Source: Octopus sinensis (lineage: Eukaryota). From it: DNA of 64,000 nt. The notes below the pieces were generated by a model. That model saw only the letters and a program-made list of their open reading frames with translations, did no database searches and had not been told where the DNA came from. Location of the stretch: NCBI RefSeq assembly GCF_006345805.1, contig NC_043001.1, positions 18,476,001-18,540,000 on the forward strand, read 5' to 3'. Both the position numbers and the translations under genes were made by a program. This document shows positions 39,587 to 52,628 of the stretch, in pieces (the first letter of the stretch is position 1; each line of letters opens with the position of its first letter).

Positions 39587-41142
39587 TCTGTCTACTGGAA
39601 GCGCAAGGCCTCAAATTTGGGGAAAGGGATTAAGTTGATTTCATCGACCCCAGTGTGTAACTGGTACTTATTTCATCGATCCCCGAAAGGATGAATGGCA
39701 AAGTTGACCTCGGCGGAATTTAAACTCAGAATGTAGCGACAGACGAAATGCAGCTAAGCATCTGGTCTGGTGTGCTAACGATTCTGCCAGCTCTCCGCCT
39801 TAATAATGATGATAATAATAATAATAATAACAACAACATAGTTATACCTACAGAAACCGGTGAGGCATACAAGTGTCTCACCGACTTTGTTTCTGTATAA
39901 CCTCAGAAAAAAGGAACAATTTTAATGAGATTTTCTACAAATACCTTTCTTATGGTGTAGATTCGATTATGGACTTTTCAGAACTTTATTGAAACTCTAT
40001 AATCGAAGGATAAGATAACAAGTTGAATCTCTTAATCAGTTATGTATCGTAGATTATATTCGTAAAACCAATATAATCGGAATCTACACTTATCATAAAA
40101 GTATTTGAAGAAAGTTTCATTAAAAAATATCCGTGTTTCTGAAAATTATGAAGAAAGAAATTCGAGTCGGGTGGGGGCACACTTGTGTAGCTATACTAAT
40201 TATACATACATAGTTACATACACATATTTATATATATATAAATCCATCTTTATGTCTTTATATACATCCACGGAGTATAAATTTATAAGAACCATACTTT
40301 CATGTATACACAGAAAGGAAACAGAAACGTAGATGACGGAGATAGACGTTAAAGTTTGAATCAAGTTTGATAAACAAATAGAAATTTGTAAGGACATGCA
40401 AATGTTACGAAGATTTAACATTATGTAAAAACATTAAGGTAACATTATAAATTATTCATTTTCTTGGTACTTTTGTGTCTTTAAATTTCATCATTTTTAT
40501 TAACGAGAACATGATAATAATAGTGAAAAGAAATTTGATAATCCAGTTAAGAAATTCCATTTAAATATGGATTCAAATGATATACTGTTTATCTTTAATT
40601 AAAAATAAAAGCATCGCGGATAGTAATACTGATTTTTAATATATTTATACATCACTGTTTTTAAATATACATTGCACACGCAGTATGGACACACGCTGAT
40701 ATATTCTTACATATGTTGATATGTATTATACTTACAATAATGTTTACACCAAAATATTTGACCTCACTAATATTCCTATCCATACATAAACACATCCTCC
40801 ACCACCGAGTGAATAAATCATTTGCTACACCGGGAAGGCATACTCGAACTGCGTGCGACGCCTTTCTACTCTTTTCCACACACACACATGCACATACACA
40901 CACATGAATACAGCTGTAATATTAGTTTCAAATTTTGACACAAGACCAGCAATTTCTGGATAAGTCGATTACATCGACCCCAGTGCTCAACTGGTATTTA
41001 TTTTATCGACCCCTGAAAGCATGAATAGGCAAAGTCGACCACGGAGGAATTTGAACTTAGAACGTAAGGACGAACGAAATACTGCTAAGCATTTCGTCCA
41101 GCTCCCTAACGATTCTGCCAGCTCGCTGCCTTAGTATCCTAT

Positions 41143-41194
<52 letters not shown>

Positions 41195-44100
41195 TAATAA
41201 CAACAACAAAGATGGAAAGTCGACCTCGGCGGAATTTGAACTCAGAACGTAAAGACGGACGAAATGCTGCTAAGCATTTCGACCGGCGTCTAACAATTTT
41301 GCCAGTCTGCTGCCATGACAAACAGCTGCAGTATTGGAATAAATATACGCGAATCCTCTTGGAACATTCACATCCATCTATAAATCATGTCACTTTTATT
41401 ACAGAATTGGAATTTCGAACAAATTGCTTCCCGCTTATCTTCAGACATTCTGTTTAAAATTTCAGAGTCATAAAACCGAGGAATAATCATAAAAGTTGAA
41501 ATCAGGAGAAAAGAGGGGCAACCGAATTAAAAAAAAAATTAAAATATAGGTCAGAATCAATAAAAATGCATGCATGCATCCATCCATCCAGCTTTTCAAC
41601 CAATTATTCTAAGGAGGGGCATTGGGGTTGAGTTCTCAGGCTCCTCGTCCTTAAAGCTCTGTCAGAAGCAACCATCATTACACGTTCCGGTTGGATTCTC
41701 AAGCGTGATCATCTTAGACTATGGATATTACTCAACCACGTCGCTCATGATCTACTCCTAGATCTGCCGCTTGGTTTGGCTCAAGGAATTTGTCTTGAGA
41801 TTCTTCCCTGTGACATTCTAATCACTTGTCCATATTACTGGAGCCGTGGCCTCTCAATACAGAGAACATGTTCTCAATACAGAGAACAATACAGTGACTC
41901 GACCATGAAAGGTTCCCTAAACTCCTATTTTTAATATATTAATACATCAATGATTTTAAATATGCATTGCACACGCAATACGGACTCCTTTTCAGTAACA
42001 TTACTCTTGAGAACCTTCGCAGAATTGGCCGCTTGAATTTGCGATCATACTCTCAGTTGTTACCTGACATTCATGGCCATATGTGAGGACAGACTCGAAA
42101 ACCGAATAGAAGATAACAAGTTTGGCCTTCTTACCGATCTCTCCTCTTCAGAAGATCGAATACAGGAGCTACCGCATTACTGTACCAGCACATGCAATTC
42201 TAGCCTCCAATTCAATCCCCTGCTTCCTCTCTCTCTCGAGAATACGGCCCCGAACTACTTTAAACTTCTCCGCTTGTCTTAGTGATGTTCGACTAACACG
42301 CAGAGTGCACCGAGAAAACTTCCAATACACATTTCCATTTTGTTTTTGTCAAATTTTGATTCAAATTTGAACTTCATTTTTCACTGTTTGGACAACCTTG
42401 ACTAAGGTCTTGAATATACTGATGAAACTTCAACGGATTATGCAACGTTTCAGGACTTATACTACTAATACTTATCTGAATGATACCCAATGCTCCAAGA
42501 TGTTATAGCAAAAAGATGGAGAGTCAAAGACAAACTGATAGCAGAGTGTGTTTGTCAGAAAGAGAGAGAGATAGAGAGAGATAGAGAAGCATGTGACTGG
42601 TCAAATATCAAAAGATCACAGAGAACGGAATGTAGTGAAGATTTTTCATACTTCACGTTTCAAGACGTGGATAGAATTGAATTTGAATCTGAGTGCCTCA
42701 CCTATTTATGGTCTATGGAAGGATATCAGGGGCATGATAAAAGGCATAATTTTAAGCTATAATTATGCTTTATGAAATCATATTATAGTCATGAAAAAAC
42801 GTAACTATGAAAACAATTTGAAACAATAATATTAATAATAATAATAATATTTTCAAATTTTGCCACAAGGGCAGCTGTTTTGGGGGAGGGGATGAGTCGT
42901 TTATTCCGACCCCAGTGTTCAACTGGTACTTAATTTATCGATCCCCGAAAAGATGAACGGTATAGTCGACCTCGGCGGAATTTGAACTCAGAATGTAGCG
43001 ACGGGCGAAATACCGTTAAGGAACAATTTTAATGAGATTTTCTACAAATACGCTAAGCATTTCGTCCAACGTGCCAACGATACAGCTAGCTCGCCGCCTT
43101 AGTAATAATGATAATAATAATAATAATAATAATAAATGCCCTTATGCAGTACCAGGCAGTGGCTTCTGATCTTGACTGATTGGAAGTGTCATCATGTGCA
43201 TTGGTATAAAAGGTGGGCTACAGCAAATATTCTGCTCAATACCACAGTTGTTTGACCTTAACCAGTTGAGCATGTCCCTTAGTGACTGACGATATGTGCA
43301 TCTCTGATCACGAGCAGAAATAGTGGGGGAGCATCATACCCTTGTGTTGAGAGGGATTCTTTGGAGTTTGAATAATTCTCCTCCGGAAACATGGGTGTTT
43401 CGTTCAATATCCTTAAACAACCCTTATTCAGGGACCTTTTGAGCGGGATGGGCTACTCGACCAGAAGAAAATTCTATCTGGGCCCCACCTGCAATATCAT
43501 GTGCTGTTTATCTTGATATGAGATCACCATGTCGCGCACATATGGTTGTGATGCATGTGCCTAGTGTATCCTTATCTGACGGGTAGTCATGATGGGTATA
43601 CTGGGTTTCGTATATTTTACCCCAGTGCCACTTTGATGGCATGCACTGCTTTCTCACTCAATAATAATAATAATAATAATAATAATAATTCTGATTATTA
43701 TGATATTATTAGGAAAGGTTATAATTATTAAAATAGGCTACAGCATGAAAGCAATTTTAAATTATACATCTAATTCTCATTTTAAATGTGAAAATTTTTA
43801 TTTATATGGTAATTATAAGAACATCATAATTATAAAACAAGTTGTAATTATGAAATTATATAACCTTAAATCATATTTCCATTTAGAATTATAATTATTA
43901 AAGCGTTATAATTATGTAAGTATCTTAACATATAATGAAAAAAAAACCCAACATTTTTATAAAACAATTTTAAATTGCATTTATATATTAAATCTTATTT
44001 ACAATAATTATGGAAACAAGTTCGTTTTTCTAATTATTATGAAAGCAATATAATTTAAAACTGTAAGTATACCTTTGAAATTATGTTAATAATTTTGAAA

Positions 44101-44340
44101 ATATTGTTAAATTAAAGTATCCTATAATAATAACAGTTTCAAATTTTGCCACAAGAGCAGCAATATTGAGGGACGGGATTAGTCGATTACATCAACCCCA
44201 GTCTTCAACTGGTACTCATTTTATCGACCCCCGAAAGAATGAAAGACAAAGTCGACCTCGGCAGAATTTGAACTCAGAACGTAACGTTAAGCATTTCGTC
44301 CAGCTCCCCAACCATTCTGCCAGCTCGCCGCCTTAGTATC
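39310..44340 (-). mobile_element. Cluster of SINE family B copies, all on the minus strand, separated by (AAT)n
   Basis: Copies near 39320, 39590, 40925, 41215, 42850 and 44135 share GTCGACCTCGGCGGAATTTGAACTCAGAA-type cores. Confidence 0.75.
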
Positions 44341-44341
44341 C

Positions 44342-44376
<35 letters not shown>

Positions 44377-44712
44377 CAACAACAAAGATGGAAAATTTTA
44401 AATCTAAATTCTTATCCATCCATCCATCATCCATCCATCCATCCATCATACATACATACATACGTACATGCACAAATCAACTAGCATTCACTTATTTACA
44501 ATTCACGGAACTCTCTTGAATCAAACTAAGTAGCCTTATGAATTTATTTATGAAACGCCCAGTTTGAAGAATTTAAATAACTCTGAAAAAAAACAAACAT
44601 ACATGCATAATTATATGCGTACAAAAATACATACATACATATATAGATATACATACACATACACACACATAGAGAGAGATTCGAAAAAAATTTTGGTATT
44701 ATTTATCTACCA

Positions 44713-44915
44713 TTACACATGTTTCATTTGCTAATAGGAGTTACAAAATTGTACATGTAGGAGAAACATGTAAGATATCTCCTATTAGGAATTCTTCAGA
44801 CAGAGAATCAAATCATAAAAATGTATTGTTTGATTCTCTGTCTGAAGAAGTTTCCAATGTGAGATGCCTATATGTACAATTTTGTAACTCCTAATAGTAA
44901 ACGGAACACGTGTAA
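44713..44915. repeat. Imperfect ~200-bp hairpin downstream of the NCX stop codon
   Basis: TAATAGGAGTTACAAAATTGTACAT pairs with ATGTACAATTTTGTAACTCCTAATA. The inner TTCTTCAGACAGAGAATCAAA pairs perfectly with TTTGATTCTCTGTCTGAAGAA. Confidence 0.85.
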
Positions 44916-45284
44916 ATTTTTCCCAATATTTTTCAACTCTTACGCATATCTCACACAAATATAACTTCTACATACAATTTTGGAGTACAGGAATTAGCAA
45001 ATGTATTTCAAGAGGACACAACTTAGATTTTAAACCTACATACATACATACATACATACATACATACATACATACATACATACATAACATACATAACATA
45101 CATACATACATACATACATACATAGTTTCGTATGTATGTACATTAATAAATAAACACATATATGCTTACATACAGCCCTACGTTATGCATACAAAAGTGC
45201 ATTTTGAACATATTATGTCCCTTTAAGTGGAAAGTTACTTGGAAGAATATGGTCAACTGAGTAGATGAGAATATTTCTGAGAGT

Positions 45285-45533
45285 TTATATGCTGACAGTA
45301 ATGACTCCGGAGATTTGCAAGATGGAGAACAAGAGATAAAGAATCCACATAAGGAATGTACAACATGCTGTGATATATTTTGTTAAATTTGGGCCGCCGA
45401 GTTCTGCTTTGCCAAATACCGGATGCAGACGGCGCAAAACGAGTAGAGACATCGTCAATGCGGAGAAGACGGTATACAGTACAACGGTGAATGCCAGACT
45501 TTCAGTTTTGCCTTGGAAATTGAATTTGGTACC
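45285..45533 (-). CDS. SLC8A: Na+/Ca2+ exchanger, last exon (final TM helices)
   Basis: Acceptor tttttcag|GGT, phase 0. GTKFNFQGKTESLAFTVVLYTVF...LRRLHPVFGKAELGGPNLTKY...MWILYLLFSILQ...TVSI* with TAA at 45287-45285. Matches the NCX RR...GELGGP...LW motif. Absent from the ORF track. Confidence 0.93.
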   Translation of the reverse strand, partial: GTKFNFQGKTESLAFTVVLYTVFSALTMSLLVLRRLHPVFGKAELGGPNLTKYITACCTFLMWILYLLFSILQISGVITVSI

Positions 45534-45631
45534 CTGAAAAACAAAATGGGAAAATTAGAACTAAAACTTGATCTTTATTGGAGATGTACTTGCATAGCGA
45601 GTGACTTGATCTGAGATCGTGTGCTGGAACG

Positions 45632-45913
45632 AAAACAATTGCAGCGTGGAAGGTGTTTATAAGCCATTTAAGAAACACACAAAAACCGTTAGATTCACTT
45701 CAACATTTAAATTTAATTTTCAAAATATTTTCGTCGCTTTGAGACCACGACCTGTTCACTGAGATGCAGCACGGAATTTTGTCAGTGAACAGGTCGTAGT
45801 CTCAAAGCGACGAAAATATTTTGAAAAATTAAATTTAAATGTTGAAGTGAATCTAACGGTTTTTGTGTGTTTCTTAAATGGCTTATAAACACCTTCTACG
45901 CTGCAATTGTTTT
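45632..45913. repeat. Near-perfect 282-bp palindrome in the last NCX intron
   Basis: ~131-bp arms AAAACAATTGCAGCGT...CCTGTTCACTGA / TCAGTGAACAGG...ACGCTGCAATTGTTTT, 19-nt loop. Confidence 0.92.
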
Positions 45914-46266
45914 GTTGATCTTTATTTTCTCATTTATAATTAATATATTTCTTTACTACCCACAAGGGGCTAAACATAGAGGGGACAAACAAGGACAGAC
46001 AAAGGGATTAAGTCGATTAAATCGACCCCAGTTGGAAACTGGTACTTTATTTATCGACCCCGAAAGGATGAAAGGCAAAGTCGACCTCGGCGGAATTTGA
46101 ACTCAGAACGTAACGACAGACGAAATACGGCTACGCATTTCGCCCGACGTGCTAACGTTTCTGCCAGCTCGCCGCCTTTTATAATTAATCATTTATGTAT
46201 AAACAATGTGAATGATTCCTTCGCTGGTTGCGATAATAAGTTCCCAGTGGTTGGATCAACATAACT

Positions 46267-46480
46267 ACGAGGAGTTGCTGAAAAGTTCCTGGCTTTGGGT
46301 AAAAGAAAATACAGGACGATCAGTTAATTATGATTTTATTCAACACTTTCTCAGATTGACACAGCTATTGCAGCAGCCCTTCAGTTTTTCTAAGCTCTGT
46401 AAAACCTCGGAAGGTCGGGCCTCCAACCAAGCCTTTCGTGACACCCTTAAAGCCAGAAACTTTCAGAACCCCATCGTACT
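46267..46480 (+). mobile_element. Truncated mariner-type element end
   Basis: TA|CGAGGAGTTGCTGAAAAGTTCCTGGC resembles a mariner TIR. Partner TIR not found. Confidence 0.5.
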
Positions 46481-46999
46481 TTCCCATTGTATTATAGTGG
46501 CAGAGTCGTTTGCGCGTCGAACAAAATGCTTAGCAGTATTTCTTCCGGTTCTTTACATTCTAAGTTCAAATGTTGCTGAGGTCAGTTTTGCTTTTGGTCC
46601 TTTTGGAGTCGATAAAAGAAAGCATCAGAAAGAACTGAGGTTGATGTAATCAATTACCCCCACTCCTACAAACTATACTGAGCTTGTGCCAAAATTTGAA
46701 ACAGATATATAGTCTCAGTGGTTGAATATCCCACAGAAACTTGTCCTGGAGATATAGTAACCGGGCAGAATCTGTGAGAAAACTCGGGCTCGAATTACAG
46801 GCACAGGTATAGTCCGGCCTCACTCATAAGGTTTGAGTAGAGCTGAGGGTTTGGTAAAAATGCTCTTGCCTGAGGTGCTGTCTGGTGTATTTGGACCTGA
46901 GACCTCATTGATTGCGGACCGAACTTCATTATCATTCGCTAATATATGAAGGGGAAGGCTATTGTACATACACAAACATATAAACAAGTGAGACGGGGG

Positions 47000-47265
47000 T
47001 TAGTACGAAGAGGGAAGAATGCCGACGTAAAGGGCCATTGGAATGGCCCTTTGAGAGAGCACATCCGAAATAATGTAATTCGAGAACGGTGCGGAGTGAA
47101 CGATGTGGTCGCAGAACGTAGCGGCAGACGAAATACTGCTAAGCATTTCGCCCGGCGTGCTAACGTTTCTGCCAGCTTAAATATGGAAAGCACAAGTCCC
47201 ACTGGGCTGGACATATCGCAAAGTTCACAAACAAGAAATGAACCTGTGAAGTTGCTGAATGGTAT
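47000..47265 (+). mobile_element. RTE 3' fragment interrupted by a SINE piece
   Basis: LREHIRNNVIRERCGVNDVV, then a WAGHI-like segment after the SINE piece. Confidence 0.45.
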
Positions 47266-47509
47266 CCAAGTGATATCCAATGGTACACACAAACACGCGT
47301 GCGCGCACAATGATTTGACATTATTTGTACCCGTTTGAGACAGAAAAGAGGAGAAACAGACATAAATCACAAAGATTAATGTGTCTAATGTTATCATTGT
47401 CGCAAGGCCACAGAGTACTTGACTGGTGTTTTATTTTATCGATCCAAGTGGATGACTGTCAAAGTTAACCTTAATGGGATTTGAACTCGGAATGTAAAGA
47501 ACTGCAACT

Positions 47510-48312
47510 TATTTCTTTATTGTCCACAAGGAGCTAAACATAGCGGCGGACGAAATACCTATTTTTTTACTACCCACAAGGGGCTAAACATAGAGGGGAC
47601 AAACAAGGACACACAAACGGATTAAGTCGATTATATCGACCCCAGTGCGTAACAGGTACTTATTTAATCGACCCCGAAAGGATGAAAGGCAAAGTCGACC
47701 TCGGCAGAATTTGAACTCAGAACGTAACGGCAGACGAAATATCTATTTCTATTTCTTTACCACCCACAAGGGGCTAAACACAGAGGGGACAAACAAGGAC
47801 AGGCAAACGTAACTGGTACTTATTTAATCGACCCCGAAAGGATGAAAGGCTAAGTCGACCTCGGCGGAATTTGACCTCAGAATGTAAAGACAGACGAAAT
47901 AGCTATTTCTTTACTGCCCACAAGGGGCTAAACACAGAGAGGACAAACAAGGACAGACAAACGGATTAAGTCGATTATATCGACCCCAGTGCGTAACTGG
48001 TACTTATTTAATCGACCCCGAAAGGATGAAGGGCAAAGTCGACCTCGGGGGAATTTGAACTCAGAACGTAGCGGCGGACGAAATACCTATTTCTTTACTA
48101 CCCACAAGGGGCTAAACATAGAGGGGACAAACAATGTCAGACAAAGGGATTAAGTCGATTACATCGACCCCAGTGCGTAACTGGTACTTATTTAATCGAC
48201 CCCGAAAGGATGAAAGGCAAAGTCGACCTCGGGGGAATTTGAACTCAGAACGTAGCGGCAGACGAAATACCGCTAAGCATTTCGCCCGCCGTACTAACGA
48301 TTCTGCCAGCTT
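47510..48312 (-). mobile_element. SINE family B with about 4-5 tandem 3' modules
   Basis: Same junction and module as 14038-14640. Confidence 0.85.
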
Positions 48313-48410
48313 AAATGCTAAAAAGAGCATTCTGTCCGACGCTTTGCTAATCCACCACTTCTAAAAGTTAATGTACAGAAAAAAAGAATCTAGAAAAGAA
48401 TTCCACTCAC

Positions 48411-48740
48411 GTTGCTGTAGTGATACACGGAAGCAATAAACCAAGGAAGTCCAAGACCCAGAAACACATTAACTGCGTTGCTTCCATTTATGTTTCCAAT
48501 TGCATTATCCGCCCATTTCTCTTGCAGGGCTGCTTGTCTGCTGGCAAATGTATCTGGCATACTGGTCCCTAGAGCAACGAGTGTGATGGCCGTTATACTC
48601 TTGTTTAAGTCGATCAGACAACCGAAGATCGAGGCCAAGTCACTGATCAATGCTGTTATAACGCCGATCATAGCTAACGAGAAGACAAACGTTAACCAGC
48701 CTCCACACAGCGACGGCGGTGGCACAAAAGCAAATACGAT
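48411..48740 (-). CDS. SLC8A: Na+/Ca2+ exchanger exon with the alpha-2 repeat
   Basis: tttcag|ATC ... AAC|gtgagt, 330 bp, phase 0/0. IVFAFVPPPSLCGGW...VALGTSMPDTFAS...IGNINGSNAVNVFLGLGLPW. Confidence 0.97.
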
Positions 48741-49098
48741 CTGAAACGAGAACATTCATGGTTATAGCCAGGAGTTGACTTGAATAATTAAAAAAAGTAT
48801 CAAATTTACTATGGACTGCTATGCATATTCTTTAATCTGCAATTCTGTGAATCTATTATAAATGCTAAAATGTAGGAGCTGACGAAGGAGTATCTGAGGG
48901 GCCACAAGTATGAGGAACAGTGTCTTTATAATCACCACAAATAATTTAAGAGTGGGAAGATTGATACCGTTGATGTTCGGCTTTAATAACTGCAAGCCAA
49001 CTTTTGTAGGGAAAATGGGAACAAGAATAGAATTCCAGAAGGCTGATACTTATGGGAGTGAATTTTATAATTCAGTTCATTATTTTTCAGTTAAATAC

Positions 49099-49469
49099 CA
49101 GGCCTGGCTAACTCGAATTACATTACAGGCCACTTTAATCAAAGAAAGTTTTTTGAGGGTTGCTTGGTTACTTCGTGCACTAATAGTCAAATAATCACTG
49201 CTGATAGAATTGAAAGCATTTTGCTTTCTCCTGCTATTATTACTATAATGAATGAATGATCATTGATTCAACATGAAATATTGCTGTTGTGAAAACAGTA
49301 ATATCCTTCTTTTTTACTTTTCATTACAATCTTTAATTTTTGATAAAATTTTAAAAATCGACCCATTTCAAGAAAGTATCGAGCGAGCCGCAAGATAAAA
49401 GTCTACGGGCCGCAAGATAAAAGTTTGCGGACCGCATGCGGCCCGCGGGCCTCAGGTTGGCCAGCCCTG
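49099..49469. mobile_element. Non-autonomous hAT element
   Basis: TIRs CAGGCCTGGCTAAC / GTTGGCCAGCCCTG, subterminal GCGGCCCGCGGGCC, diverged 8-bp TSD TTAAATAC/TTATAGAC. Confidence 0.6.
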
Positions 49470-49968
49470 TTATAGACAATTTCCCAGAAGAAAGGCGAGA
49501 GACTTTTTTGATGGGGAAAGGGTAGTGGTTGGAATTCTTACTTATGTATATTACTTTTCGTTTGGCTTATGATAAATTTGGTATGGTATCTATTCGAATC
49601 TAAATTCAATGTTCCATTTGAAACATTAATAATGCTCATAAATGCCAATAGCGTCATTCTAAAATTAGGTTATCAGAAGTACTGGTTGATATCATCATAA
49701 ACGAAAGCGGATTCACTGATTCGATTAAATTCACTCCCAACCCTCTAAATCTATCAATAAGGAAGAAAGATGTAACATCATATTGTTTAACCAGCTTTTC
49801 TCTAAATTCAAAAATACATGAAGCAAAATATTTTAACCTTCATCGGAACACACTTTAAACCAATAAGGACCAATGTTATGCTAATGCAACAAATTCAAGG
49901 TTAGCTACAGCTGCACCTGCAAGGAATAGTCCTACTTCCGCAAACAGAACTATTGTATGTCTCTATTC

Positions 49969-51838
49969 AGTTTTATTTCAAGATTTCTTACCAATAGAGA
50001 ATGAGCCGGTTTCTAACCTAGATCCAAGACTCCTTCATTGGAATTTCAACATCAACAACAGGGTATGTATGTATGTATGTATGTATGTATGTATGTATGT
50101 ATGTATGTATGTATGTATGTATGTATGTATGTGTGTGCGTGTGTATGTATGTATGTATGTATGTGTGTGTGTGTATGTATGCTCAGGTTTGTATGTTTTA
50201 TGTATGTATTCTCATGCATATAGTTGCATGCTCATATATATTTAAATGGTAAACTTCTGGAAAGTTTTGCAGATTTTTACAGTTCCAGTGATGGATTGGA
50301 TCTGTAGTCTTCAAATCAGCTTTCTCCTTTCTGGTTTTGAGAAGCCCAATTTCTCAAGATTGGTATTTAGGTAGTGTGTTACATATCTACATATCCCAGT
50401 GAAGGCGCATGGCTCAGTGGTTAGAGCGACGAGTTTACGATCGTGAGGTTGTGAGTTCGATTCCCGGACCGGGCTGCATGTTGTGTTCTTGAGCAAGACA
50501 CTTTATTTCACGTTGCTTCAGTTCACTCAGCTGTAGAAATGAGTTGTGATGTCATTGGTGCCAAGCTGTATCGGCCCCTTTGCCTTTCCCTTGGATAACA
50601 TCGGTGGCATGGAAGGGGAGGTTGGTATGCATGGGCAACTGCTGGTCTTCCATAAACAACATTCCCAGATTTGTGCCTCGGAGGGTAACTTTGTAGGTGC
50701 AATCCCATGGTCATTCATGATACATATACCAGGACCCTAATAATTACCTGAACTTGTTTTCTGGATAGAATAAATGCAGATTTCTCAATAGTTCAGCGTA
50801 GGTGTTCTCTATTTCACTGATCTTTATGTTAACATCCGCTGTACACAGTTTTTCTTCCCAATCCCAAATCATTATGTCAGGTCTGTTGTGCTTACATTTT
50901 ATTGAGGTTTTCACTGGGACATTTCACCAGTATTCCTTTTTATTATGAGTGGCTATGGCTTCCACCATACTGTGGGTTCTTATTTTTTTGTGTTCGGGTT
51001 TATCTTTCCGACGGATTTCATTATAGAGTGTCCAAGCTACAACATCATGTCTCATCGGTAGATAATATCGTGATGACATTTTCAGACAACTGCTTATGAT
51101 GTGGGTGATATCTCCAATGTGCACTCCACAAAGTCTGCACCAGTTGTCACATTTTACTGCTTTTCCTGCATCTCTATCCCTTTTGTGCATCAGGTATTTG
51201 GTTGAAATTTCCTGTTCCTGAATTGCAAACGCATACCCTTCAAAGTGGGAGGTAGCAATTCGGTTATTGGTCCATAATAAACTGCTTTGATGATCAATGT
51301 TACCATCATCTCGGAGCTTTCTGCTAACATATCCATGCATAGCCTTCTGCTCATATAGTCTCATCCTTTCATCTGATGAAACAGTCGTGCGACTTCATTG
51401 GGAATGTATTCTAGTTTATCAGACAAAGGATGTTGTTCAAGGAGCTGCCTTCCAGGTCTTATGATGTTATTAGCCTCTTGTATGCAAACTTGATCAAGGG
51501 ATGCACTTCGACATTTGGTGGTTAAAAGATGTTGCCGAAGGGATATGATGCGACATTCAAAGTCATTTTGGATTGATGTTAAGCCTCTGCCGCCTTGTTT
51601 TCGTTTTAGGTAGAAGCGGGTGCTCTACGTCACTGTTTATGTGGAAATTATGTGTGCTTGTTAGTATCTATCGGGTTTTCACATCAATGGCTTGAATCTC
51701 ATCAAGCGTCCAATCAAGCAGCCCAAATGTTGGTATGAGTTCTGACACAGCAAACACATTGTGGGCCATTGTTTTATTGAATGCAGAGAGTTCTGAGGTC
51801 CAAATTTTCTTTATTCGACTGTAATATTCTTTAGTGCC
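49969..51838 (-). mobile_element. 5'-truncated R4/Dong-clade non-LTR retrotransposon (RLE endonuclease), interrupted by a SINE
   Basis: LYLKRKQGGRGL, CRLCG..ITHIISSC..RHDVV zinc knuckle, NRPDIMIWD endonuclease and GTVKICKTF C-terminus, with stops. The 3' UTR contains (CATA)n. Confidence 0.85.
50400..50730 (+). mobile_element. tRNA-derived SINE inserted into the R4/Dong element
   Basis: GGCTCAGTGGTTAG A box and GAGTTCGATTCCC B box. TSD-like ACATATCCCAG/ACATATACCAG. Confidence 0.8.
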
Positions 51839-51900
51839 ACGTCTGTCTGTCTGTCTGTATGTCTGTATGTATGTATGTATGTATGTATGTATGTATGTGT

Positions 51901-51966
<66 letters not shown>

Positions 51967-52190
51967 CGGTGTAAATCGTTGTGAATATCTCTTGGCCTTT
52001 AAATATGAAAAAAATTGGTAGATAATTCTTTAAAGGAACCTAATTCATATGAACGTAACCCTTCGATAAATAAAATCCAATAAATTGGTACCGAATCTTG
52101 AATGTTGTGCCCTAGCATGGTTTCTGATCAGTTACAAAACTCAGTAAGACATTTAAACGAGACATGTATTGTTCGTATACTTATTTGTAC

Positions 52191-52369
52191 CTTCCAGAAA
52201 AATGTCAGAAAGTGCATGCCATAATCCGTGTTTGATGCGTTTTCGATATCACCTCCATTGACGTTCATAGCCTGTTTGAATTGCTCTCCCCACGTCGCAC
52301 TTTCTAACTTTAAAGAATCCAAATTTTGTTTAGTCAAATTAGCAATTCGGCTGACCATGCTGTTGAACT
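52191..52369 (-). CDS. SLC8A: Na+/Ca2+ exchanger exon (post-CBD2 linker into the TM region)
   Basis: ttttcccag|AG TTC ... TGG AAG|gtacaa, phase 1/0. EFNSMVSRIANL...ATWGEQFKQAMNVNGGD...DYGMHFLTFFWK. Confidence 0.95.
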
Positions 52370-52628
52370 CTGGGAAAAGAGAAAGGCAAGAATAGTAAAT
52401 AAAGCGAAGTAGAAAATAAAAACAGAAAGCAAAAGGAAAATAATATATAGGAAAGAATGATACAGTTTGACAACGTTTATTGACGTAAACTTTAAAGAGA
52501 GTTTCTATTGTAAACAAAATTTATCTGTGTTGAAAATACATTCTACTCTATCATTAAACAGTGATATGAAACTCCATTCTTCTTTTCTTCTAAAAAATGA
52601 ACTTTATATCATAGAAATATTGTGTATA

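Noticed and set aside
41570-42775. Several 60-90 aa ORFs of mixed composition
   Set aside because: No recognisable domain, no consistent splice sites, and no link to either flanking gene.
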